From NCBI GenBank assembly GCA_002269645.1, contig NIVC01000908.1, positions 1-43,415 of the forward strand: a stretch of 43,415 nt of DNA. The letters are read 5' to 3'. Source of the stretch: Macrostomum lignano. Lineage: Eukaryota. The position numbers were made by a program, and so were the translations under genes. The notes beneath the pieces were generated by a model. It did not search any database and was not told the DNA's origin. It saw nothing but the letters and a program-made list of their open reading frames with translations. Shown here piece by piece: positions 1-11,200 of this stretch. Numbering within the stretch: the stretch's first letter is position 1; each line of letters opens with the position of its first letter.

Positions 1-2345
1 ATAAAAGAATTACATTTCCAAGTTAGACATGTTGTAAAAGGCCTGAGTCCTGAAAGTTGATGAGCAGAGCCCTGATTAAGTTTCTAAGTATTGCTGGGGG
101 TGCCTGCCCAATGAATCAAATAGGCACACTAATATGGGGATGCCAGGAGTCAATTGGCAGAGCTTACGGAAATGCATAGTTGCAAGGGAGAGTACAAAAA
201 AGGGCAAATGCAACAAAATAGCACAAGAAGGGCGCTAAGTTTGCACTCTGAAAGAGCGGGCCTATCCTCGCAAGAGTTTCAAAGAGATGAAGCAGGACAA
301 AATTTGAATTTCAGATTGGAAAAAAGTAGAATTAAAGAAAGGACCAAAGCAACATTGTGGTGATTGAAAACTAAATTAAAAAAATGCTTGTTCTACAATA
401 TTTGGGACAATGAAGACTCAATTGGAATATAATAGCATGGCTTTAAAGGAAAACCATCAGCTGATAAGTCTAATAAAATTAGATTAGCAATATGATACTT
501 GGAGCTTAAAATTGCCTTAGTACTTTTGCTAAGTACAACAGATGGAAAAGATAGTTGAAAAAATTGTCACATGAAAAAAACTGCATCAAATTCCATTATA
601 ACATATTCTGAATTTTGAGGAAAAGAAATTGTATAATTGACAAAAATTCACTTCTTGATAGATTGTTTGCATTGACAATAGTAGGTAAATCAATATTATT
701 TGTCAGACACTGATTAATAATAGGCCTAACAGAATCATTAATATTTATAGAACTATTACTTTGACTTAAAATACTACATTCCACTTTTATTTGATGCTCA
801 TTACTAGCAGATGGCAGATGCAGAGGCATTACAATTGGATGACATAGACTTATCCTTTGTACATCCTAAAATGTAAAATAGATAATTCATATTGTAGATT
901 CTACAAATAATAAATATAAAATAGGTAACCCCATTATATTAATGTTATTACCTGAGTCTCCTTTTAGTCCTTCAAATGTTTTTCAATGTTTTCTATATGC
1001 ATGTGTTTTCAAACTGATGAGTGTTGGGAAAACAGACACAATGTTGGACTGGACAGATGAACCTAAATTATAAGAATGATAAATTACAATTAGGGGCCTA
1101 GTCAATTATAAGCTTAAAACCAACTTATTCAAAATACAATACAATTTTAACTTGCCTTGATCTATATGCATGACGTGCAGTATGGCTAATTAATTGGGTA
1201 AATAGTTTACATGAATATGAGCAGAACTTGCAGCAGTTCCAGCCCTCCATTGCATGTTTTAAGCAGTCAACAATTGCCACCTTTTTATTTACTAAAAAGA
1301 GGAAATTCTACTTTGTAGAATACAGCTTTGTTAATAAACTTTCTTTAAGTATAAGTATTGGGCATACTAAAAAATAATAATTGTTAAATTTACCAAATAT
1401 AAAATTAAATTTATTATATATAAATAAAATCAAAGTTTCTAGGATATTAGATAGGCTAAAGTATAAGTATCAATAAGTAAATTAGTAAAGCATGTTTCAA
1501 CTACTTCACAATAAACCTATAAACCTATTTGGCATATAACAGCTAGTAAGTTTGTGGCATTTTCACTATATCCAATCCATGCCAAAAGGACAAACCACTG
1601 AATCTTCCACATAAAGCAAATTAAGCAGCACTGGATCCACAAGACTTATTGTTTATCAGGTGGCAGGGCCAATTGATAATTGAGCCAAAATTTACTTTTA
1701 AATATGAAGCTTCAACAGTATTTGACCATTGTGAACTCAATTTAAAAATATTGTGCAAACAGAAAAAAGAACAGCGAATTTTGTTGGAACTTTTTTAAAT
1801 ACTCTTTAAAGTTACTAAAGTTAAAAAAAGTTTTTTTGAAAAAAACCTTGTTCTATATTATTTACAGCACATTTTGTTTAAATTAATGATATAGTATGGC
1901 ACTACCTGGCACTAGGGCTTCCTTCATGTGCACTGGCACTATATTTGGCACTAGTTGGCGCTTAAAAATTTAGAGTGCAGGCTCAAAATCATTTTAAGAT
2001 GCAAAAACTGAAGCAGTAAGCTCTTTGTATATGATATTGTCTATGGTAAAGCCTACACTTTGACATTTGTCATTGTCAGCTTGCTTTCAAACTGAGCCAC
2101 AGAATATAACCAAGCTGCCTCAACACAGAACACAGAAGCCACAGAATTAAAAAATCATTAAACAATAACTGATGATATTTCAAATGGTCACTCAATGGTA
2201 TCAACATTTTTCTACTTTATCACATGAAATAAAACCATTGTCACTTGCTCTCACTTTATTTTAATAGTTTCAGTTGAACCCTGAGATTTTCGGTTGGGCC
2301 AGAGCAGGCAGCAGCACAGGACAGAGAACACAGCTACAGTGCGGC

Positions 2346-5011
2346 ATGCAGTGCAAACTAGCGGTGCAGCTGCACAGCAGCGATTCTCTGCTCATGTTGA
2401 AACGCCAGCTGCATCAGCGGGCTCCAGCCTCCGCCCAGGCCTCGCTGATGTCGCTGCCCTGTCTGCTGTACGGCCAGATCCCCCTGTCTGACGAGGTCCG
2501 CCTGGCCAGCCTGATGATCCGCCAGAGCCACGCCGCTGTGGTCACCGCCGAGATCGGCGATCGCTGCATCAGCATCACCGCATCAGCGGAGTCCGCTACC
2601 TGCACAACCCGCCCTGGCAGCCGGACGCCCAGTTCCACGCCCTCATGCGCCTGCACGGCATGTCCGCCGACCCTGCAGCTGGACCCGGCCGCAGCTCCGC
2701 CTGTGGCTCCACTGGGCGGCCAGAAAATTCCGCCGGCCGGAGCTTCGCCAGCCGGCCTGGGAGTCGCTGACTGGCCAAGAATTGGCCGCGCTAACGCCGG
2801 TCGAGTTCAGCCAGTTGTGTCCGAGCGACGCTGTCGGTGGCGAACTGTGGACACATTTGAAGCTGCTTCGCCGATTGCACATGGTGGCCGTGCCGCAGCA
2901 GCCGGGCCGGCAGCGGCAGCAACAGAATGAGGCCAAGCTGCACCGCCATCCCCTGCCTGTAGCAGCCACCGCCACCGCTGTTGTGGTCAGCGCCTCCGGC
3001 AGTCAGCCGATTTCGCCCACGACGCCGGTGCAGCTGCAGCAGATGCCTCTGGCGGTCCCGGCTGAGAAGCCGCTGGCCAACCCGCCACAGCCGATTTCGC
3101 TGCTGGGCAAAATGCGAATCAGTCGCAGCATTAAGGGCCAGCCTCAGGTAATCTATTTGACTGCAAATTCCGATTTGCGACATTTTATGGACTGTTCTGG
3201 TTTCTTAGGGTTGAGATTCCGGGTTCTGATGTCTTACGGGGTGAAATTTCTGGTTCTGGTGTCTAACGCGGTGAGATTTCTGGTGTCAATTACGGGGTGA
3301 GATTTCTGGTTCTGATGTCTTTTGGGGTGAGATTTCTGGTTCTGATGTCTTTTGGGGTGAGATTTCTGGTTCTGATGTCTTGGGGTGAGATTTCTGGTTC
3401 TAGTGTCTTACGGGGTGAGATTTCTGGTTCTGATGTCTTGGGGTGAGATTTCTGGTTCTAGTGTCTTACGGGGTGAGATTTCTGGTTCTGATGTCTTACG
3501 GGGTGAGATTTCTGGTTCTGATGTCTTACGGGGTGAGATTTCTGGTTCTGATGTCTTACGGGGTGAGATTTCTGGTTCTGGTGTCTTACGGGGTGAGATT
3601 TCTGGTTCTGGTTTCTTACGGGGTGAGATTTCTGGTTCTGGTGTCTTACAGGGTGAGATTTCTGGTTCTGGTTTCTTACGGGGTGAGATTTCTGGTTCTG
3701 GTTTCTTACGGGGTGAGATTTCTGGTTCTGATGTCTTACGGGGTGAGATTTCTGGTTCTGGTGTCTTACGGGGTGAGATTTCTCGTTCTGGTTTCTTACG
3801 GGGTGAGATTTCTGGTTCTGGTGTCTTACGGGGTGAGATTTCTGGTTCTGGTGTCTTACGGGGTGAGATTTCTGGTTTTGATGCGGCACTGGGTGAGATT
3901 CCGGGTTCTGGTGCGTCACTGGGTGAGATTCTGGGTTCTGGTGCGTCACTGGGTGAGATTCTGGGTTCTGGTGCGTCACTGGGTGAGATTCCGGGTTCTG
4001 GTGCGTCACTGGGTGAGATTCCGGGTTCTGGTGCGTCACTGGGTGAGATTCCGGGTTCTTGTGCGTCACTGGGTGAGATTCCGGGTTCTGGTGCGTCACT
4101 GGGTGAGATTCCGGGTTCTGGTGCGTCACTGCGTGAGATTCCGGGTTCTGGTGCGTCACTGGGTGAGATTCCGGGTTCTTGTGCATCACTGGGTGAGATT
4201 CCGGGTTCTGGTGCGTCACTGGGTGAGATTCCGGGTTCTGGTGCGTCACTGGGTGAGATTCCGGGTTCTTGTGCGTCACTGGGTGAGATTCCGGGTTCTG
4301 GTGCGTCACTGGGTGAGATTCCGGGTTCTTGTGCGTCACTGGGTGAGATTCCGGGTTCTGGTGCGTCACTGGGTGAGATTCCGGGTTCTGGTGCGTCACT
4401 GCGTGAGATTCCGGGTTCTGGTGCGTCACTGGGTGAGATTCCGGGTTCTGGTGCGTCACTGGGTGAGATCGCTGTAGTGAAATTTTAGTTTGTTTCACTG
4501 AGCTTTGCTGTCTATGGGTTGAGAATCTCTGTGAGACTCAGCCTCAATCCGCTCTGTCAATCCGCAGTCTGTGTCAGCAACGCTGTCAGCCGCTGTGACC
4601 GGCAGCGGCGGAGCCTGCGAGCTGTGGAAATTCCTGCTGGACCTGCTCACCGACTGCCGCTACCGTCGCGTAGTTCGCTGGAGCTCCGCGGACGACGGCA
4701 CCTTCTCGGTGCTGAACCCGTCGGCCCTGGCCTCCGTGTGGGGCCGCAGGCGCGGCAATCCGCGCATGACTTTCGCCAAGATTTCGCGGGCCCTTCGGCA
4801 CTACCAGCGGGGCGGCATGCTGCATAAAGAGCCGGCTAGCGAGAACGGGCAGCGCTATGTCTACCGGTTCCTGTGCGACATGCCGCGCCTCCTGGGCTAC
4901 TCGGTTGCGGAGCTGCGTCGCCTGGTTGATGCCCAGGCGGCCGAAACTGCGCCTGCAGAATTTGATGGAGCTGACGGTATTGGCGATCTGCAGGAGCAGC
5001 AGGTCTTGTAG
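2346..5011 (+). CDS. GABPA: GABPA-like ETS transcription factor (N-terminal OST-like region, PNT/SAM domain, ETS domain). Exons ~2346-3147 and 4568-5011, with two apparent 1-nt deletions in exon 1 (~2580, ~2675)
   Basis: The ETS domain LWKFLLDLLTD...WGRRRGNPRMTFAKISRALRHYQ...RYVYRFLCDMPRLLGYSVAELRRLV has the GABPA-type CD..LLGYS.AEL.RLV tail. The PNT domain reads SWTRPQLRLWLHWAARKF...LTGQELAALTPVEF...GELWTHLKLLRR. Donor CAG|GTAATC at 3147/3148 and acceptor CCGCAG|TCT at 4567/4568 are both phase 0. The coding signal moves from frame 0 to 2 to 1 in exon 1. The start Met at 2346 is inferred. Confidence 0.8.
3205..4470 (+). repeat. 30-bp intronic minisatellite in two blocks: GGGGTGAGATTTCTGGTTCTGATGTCTTAC to ~3880, then TGGGTGAGATTCCGGGTTCTGGTGCGTCAC
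   Basis: 30-nt periodicity is directly visible. The array produces spurious long ORFs on both strands. Confidence 0.95.
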
Positions 5012-5199
5012 CGATGGACGCTTTCACTGTCCGTTCTCCCACTGTTGTATTGCTGCTATCCGGTCTTTTGTTGGAGGCCAGTTCTCTCCAGCACGGGTCA
5101 TATAGTCCGCAGCGGTCCTGTTTCTATTGGTTGGCACTGCAGTATGTGCGATTGCTGTGGCTTGTGTGCATACATGGTTACTGAATGAAGTTTGTTCGT

Positions 5200-5410
5200 G
5201 TGGAGTGAGGCACTGATAGAGTGGAGTGAGGCATTGACAGTTAGTGAGGCACTGATAAAGTGGAGTGAGGAACTGATAGAGTAGAGTGAGGCACTGGTAG
5301 AGTGGAGTGAGGAACTGGCAAAGTGGAGTGAGGCACTGGTAGAGTGGAGTGAGGCACTGGTAGAGTGGAGTGAGGCACTGGTAGAGTGGATGGAGTGAGG
5401 CACTGACAGT
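5200..5410 (+). repeat. 21-bp tandem repeat (AGAGTGGAGTGAGGCACTGGT-like) downstream of the ETS stop codon
   Basis: About 9 directly visible copies. Confidence 0.85.
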
Positions 5411-8267
5411 GAGGCAGTATAGACAGTCAGATTGATATTGAGTGAAGAGCACTAAGTTAGCTACAGCTAGAATATTGGCATTAATGATTGCTGTGGACTA
5501 TATGAAATTTCTAGCCTGTTTAGCGTGTCCGAACTCTGCCAGAGCCGGCCGGTTCAATCCTCGTTTGTCTTTCAAAACTCGAATTTGAATTACTGAAACA
5601 TTTTGCCACCTGTTAGTGAATCGATGTAGTTCTTTATCGCAATTTCTTTTATCTGTTAGCAAAATTTCTAATTTTATTTTTTTAATATCAAATGCTAGGC
5701 TTTTTTTCAAGTTTGTCAACCTATGCACAATGGTCAGAGTCCATGCCTATAGTTAGAAACTTGATTCCTGTTCTGATTAGTGTTTCTAGCTTAACGTAAT
5801 TAAATTTGTGTTTTTTCATACTGACTCTGACCGTAACTAAAAGGCACTCTTAAATCAAAACGAAAGTAAGCATTGCGCATCCTGTGTTTAGTAAGTGCCG
5901 CTTGTTCAATTGTAATACAAGGCTTACACAAATTCCGCGGTTTTTCCTGATATTTATTAGGCACACGCACTTCTGCAGTGCCTTGTTGTACTTTTATATT
6001 CTAATAAAGCGATTACTCAACCATTGCTCGCGATTAAGAAAGACCACATAGATAATAGTTTGAATAGAAATACAATATAAAAATTATTTTCAGTCATGAA
6101 TGCTAATGCTTCGCGTGGAATTTCTGGCTAGCATACGAATGACAGGTTATGATTCAAATTTAGAGAGTTCTGTATCCTTTCGTATCGTTAAAAGTTTAAT
6201 TAAAAAAAGTATACTTATAGTTACAATGTTCATTTATCTCTTTGTGATAATTACAAGACTCAATGGCTTCTGCAAGGACATGAAATGCGTACTATATTAA
6301 ACAGATTTTAATTATACTTTCGAGTATTGTTCATGTTACAGATCTCTTCCTCGTGGAAAGTGTTTAACTGACATAATACTATGAGGTCTGCTATGCTGCA
6401 CAGAAACTACTAAAGGTGGCTTGAACTTCCAGAAGCATATTACAAGAAGACAGCAGGAACAAAATGCGCCGTCGGCTGTGTCTTATAAACAATAGAAGCA
6501 TTACAGGGCAGGTTAGGGGCGCGAACACCGCCGACAGAATCTAGGAAGATGAACAATGTCTGAAAATTCCTGAAAATTCTGGTCGTGATTAGGGAAGCAC
6601 AAAGTCCCCGAGTTTTTGGAATTGCCAATCCGGGATTCTCAGGATCGGAATATCCCGGACTTTGCCAATCCTGGGAATCTTTGTTGGTGCAATTTTTGTT
6701 TACGAAGCCATCTAATCTGATTCTTAAGGGCTTTCAATAATAAAAGTAGAACAATAAAATATTTTGCAAACAAGAAGCTGACAGTGAGCTCTGAATTTGA
6801 GTGTGATGGGCTGACGGAATAGATGTGCTTTCTTACATGCCGCAGTATCAGCTCAGTAAAATCACACTTGATTGTAATGTAACCTGGGGAATGATAGCTT
6901 TACGCTCGTACAGAGCTATGGCCCGAGTACTGATACCAAGTTTAGAAAGGGGATTAGACTTCACCCTCCTAGGGGCACGCGCCCTTAGATAGAGCAGTGG
7001 TAGCTTTGGTTGTGGTCCGATAGCAATGTCCCACTGTTCTGATCCCAACTACGACCAAAAGAGTTTTGAAGGTAGGGAATGCTTAATAAAAGTAGTTGTA
7101 CATTATTACACCTGAGATCTCATTACGATGTGCTGACAGCTTCTGTTTTGTATCCGTCTACTCACTAGCCTGCATGCTTAGACGATTAGTAAATCGAAGC
7201 GTGATAACTGGGTTATGATTTTCACCTGACAATTGTATCTCAGCTGCAGGTTTACTACTCGAGAATGAATTGATTGAATCCCACAAGCAGGATCTAACAA
7301 GAAGGAAAAGCGATCGATTTTTATCACAAATTCTCGTTTTTCATTGAGTAGCTCCGCAAATAAACGACGCTCGCTACATGATATACATGTAAATATTCAT
7401 TCGTACATGTAACGTGTACTAGATCGTTTGCTCTCAGCAGATGTGGCCCCTCAGGCCGTGACAAGTCATTTGTTGTCATTAATGCTAACATTAATCTTCC
7501 CCAGCTACCGACCATATACGTACGTGGCCTGTGGGCGTAGATGTACACCAGAATTACAACATCGCTAACATTCATCTTTCCTAGCATCTGTTAAATTGTG
7601 GGCATGCACGTATACATAAGCCAATTGAGTATATATTAGATTTTGATCACAAACTCTTCCTTATCCTTCCTAGTTATTTATCGATTCGAAAAAAAAGAAA
7701 GAATTTTTTTATATTTAAAAAAGTCCTACGCAGCGCTTAAGTCTACAAACATTTGTTTTATTTTACAAATCATTTCCGCTCTGGGCTCTCTTAAAAAGAC
7801 AGTTCTCAGTTGATTTTTAAACTATACACGTACTTCAAATTCAAATTAAAAAAGCCAACCAGTTCTAGTATTGCTCATGTCAGATTGTTATAAGCGTGGA
7901 CAGTTTTTCTTTTCTTAACTTTCATCATAGTTCTTCAGTAACTAACACAAACAGGAACAGCCTTTAATTGGCAAAGTTTTTAATTCTCATTCTCAAATCT
8001 TAAAAAAAGTTAAAACTCATACTCATAGTCATACACAAACATTATCAATAATAAAAAAGCTGAATAGCTTGACCTGTAACTAATGTATCTTGACTTGGAC
8101 TAATTGCCTTAACACATCGTACATACTACATAGTATAGGCCTACCTCTAGATATTGTGAGATTTGTGACTGTTAGTTGTAGCTGCTAGGCTATTACAAAG
8201 ATTGATTTTTTCTGCATTTTTTCTTAACTCTATCTTTGTTTCAAGGTCTAGGAATCTGCTTAACAAC

Positions 8268-11200
8268 ATGTCTAGCGGTTTGAAAGCTTTAAAAGAAGAA
8301 ATTGACCAACTGAAGAATGCTTTTCCTAAGACCCATAGTGTATTTAGAGTTTCATCAGCCAACCTCGATGAAATGACTTGCAAGTTTATTTTGAAATCAC
8401 AATCATTTGAATTGATTGCAACTATAATGGTAAGTTAATTGTGCTGCATATAAGATTATATTATTATACGAAGGGTGTTGCAAAATTTTCCGGACTGATG
8501 CTCTTCATGGTGATAATTTTAGTTTGATTCAGCAAAAAACTTAAACAGACAAACAGGCAACTTGTATTTTATAATATTATAAAGTTTCAGAAAGTTTGGA
8601 GTTGATGGTTAATAGTATAAGCGATTGTACACTAGATTATTTATAGTCATGAAATACGATTTCCGAGTTACAGCTACCAATCACTGTCACTGTCGCTTCT
8701 ATCGCCGGATGCGTCCACAGATTGATTGCTGGCTCGCTCCACGTATTCGCCATTTATGGAGATGCATTTTTGGTAGCGCTCAATCAGCTTGTCGAAGCCA
8801 GACTCCCAGAAGCTGGCATCGAACCAGTGCAGAGACTTGTTGGCTGCTTCGATGACCTCCTCGCGCGTTGTGAAGATCTCGCCACGCATTGGCATCTTCA
8901 TTAGGCCAAAGAGGTGAAAATCGGCGATGGCGAGATCGGGACTGTAGGCTGGGTGGTTCAGCAGTCAGAAGCCTAGCTCTTCCGCCTTGGCTTGCGTGCA
9001 AGCGGCAGCATGAGGACGCGCATTGTCCCAGAGAATGAAGGGCTTCTGGCGCATATTGCGACGCTTACTCAGAACGGCATCACGCAGGCGGTGGAGCTGA
9101 TCGATGACATAGTCAGCATTGATGGTCTGACCTTGGGGCAGGTGGTCAACCATCAGCACACCACGAGCATCAAACCACATAGTGCACATGACACTCTGCA
9201 TCCATGCCAACTTCATGGCCTTCTGGTGCGGGTGGCTTCCTTTTGGGCCCCAATGCATAGTCTGCTGTTTTGTCTGCGGTTGAAACATGGGCAGCGGTGT
9301 TTCATCCATTGTGATGAGCAGCTCTTTGAACTTGCTGTCACCCAGTTCATTCCACAACGCCCAGTTCTCTAGCGAGTAACGCACACGTGCTTTCTTGTGC
9401 TCTTCCGTCAGTTCACGTGGCACCCACTTTGCACAAATCTTGGAGTAGCCTTGGCGTTGCAGAATGCGGCACACAGATGAGTAGTGGATACCAACAGCAC
9501 TCTCCATTTCACGCATGCATGCAGACGGATTTTCTTTCAAATAGTCAAGAATAGCAGTTGTTTTGTCATGACCTGTGCTCGAGCGAGGACGCCCAGATCG
9601 AGAGGCATCAGCGACGTTGGTGACACCGTCAGCAGCGAGTCAGTGATGCTCAAACACTTGAGTGCGACCCAGGGCGTGAACACCGAAAGCAAGACGCACC
9701 TCATCAAAGGTCTGTGTCGCTGTTTTGCCCTGTTGTTGGCATGCCATGATAAAGTGGCGCTGGCTTTCCTTAGACCCGAACTCCAATGGATTCTTTGGTC
9801 GACTCATTTTTGCTCCCTTTTGGTTTGTGAAAAATCGTGTCAACAGCTTCAAAGGGTTGCAACTTATTTTGGCCCTGATGTATGCTGTGATTGACTAAGC
9901 TGCAAAAACTTTTAGGAAAAGTTTTTTTCTATGGCTGAATACCATAGGCATCAATTTTCAGCCAAATCAAACACGAATTATCACTATGAAGAGCATTAGT
10001 CCGGAAACTTTTGCAACACCCCTCGTATATATTAGGCCCTAGCAGTAGCATTTTTATAATTTGAATAGGCCTAGCCCTATGCTTAGTTTTTTTATATAGG
10101 CCTAATGGCCGAATCTATCTAGGACCAAGGCTTATGGTTATGTATAAAGTATAAATGATACTTAAATTTAGATCATGCTTGGGTATAACTGGGTCATTTT
10201 TTTATTGTTGGTTCATTGGCTAGAGCCTAGAGGCCTATGCTAGGATAAGTATCTAGATAGTTTATCTGTTGTTATGTCTAATAAAAGCAATATATAGCAA
10301 ATGAAGAAATGAAAAATATATTGATGCAAAGAGTATTTTTTTACAAATAAGCCATCTTTTTTATCCTTTAGTGCTACTTTTGTTAAGATAAATATAGATT
10401 TATCCCAAGTTTTGAATGTATATTTTGGTAGAAATTTCATATAAAATAAAGAGGTTCATATAGTTTCTTTGTGCATTTTTTATAATTATAGCACTATATA
10501 ATGCAATGAATTGAAATCAAAGCATTGCCAAAGGTTATGTTGCAAAATATTTTTTAAACTAAGTGAATATAAAAAAGACAACAATAAAATTAGTTAATGT
10601 GTAAACAAACTATGACAGTTTTTACTTTTTTTGCTTTGAATATTGGTGACTAAATTATGCAAAAATCAATTAATTAATCATGTAATATATAGTTTATTAT
10701 ATAATAATATTAAAATAAACAATTAACGCACCTACTATCGAATACTCATTTTGTCTGCTAGTAGACAAACTAATAGTAGATAAAATGACCACATCCCAAT
10801 GTAACCTAGGGATTTACCTAGCTGTTTCTATTGGCAATACATATATGTAAGTAACTAATAGATGGAATAGTAATCACATGACTACTCTTAGTTAATAGGA
10901 ACTTATATATATATATGCATTGCCAATAGAAATGGCTAGGTGATTCTCAAAGTTGTGCATATAAAGATTACTATTAGATATAATTAAACTAAAGATAAAA
11001 AAGATTGAATACATATAAGTATTAACCATTTATAATAACTATTAATAAGCAATATGTATTAATATTATAATTAATTATAGTGTAGTAGCATATAAAAATC
11101 ATAATTTCTTATTAAAGTTTTGCCATAACAAAATTAGGATTCTAATATAAATTTAATATCATCATTCTAGATTTTTAGGCACAAGACATGTACAATTGTA

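Noticed and set aside
154-829. Short ORFs in the AT-rich 5' region
   Set aside because: No motifs, AT-rich codon usage unlike the host exons, and no clear splice context.
2570-2690. Programmed -1 ribosomal frameshifting in the ETS gene
   Set aside because: No X XXY YYZ slippery heptamer is present at either site. Indel error or pseudogenisation is simpler.
3385-4498. Long ORFs of 344-367 aa on both strands
   Set aside because: They are translations of a 30-bp intronic minisatellite. The same applies to the repeat ORFs at 17541-18589, 21973-22726, 23286-23957, 24944-25637, 35083-35816 and 42021-42911.
6620-6680. Short CCGGGATT/ATCCCGG inverted motif
   Set aside because: Too short and degenerate to define an element, and no target-site duplication was identifiable.
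8965-9642. TGA recoding (selenocysteine or readthrough) in the mariner transposase
   Set aside because: No SECIS-like evidence was seen, host genes use TGA as a stop, and nonsense decay is typical for mariners.
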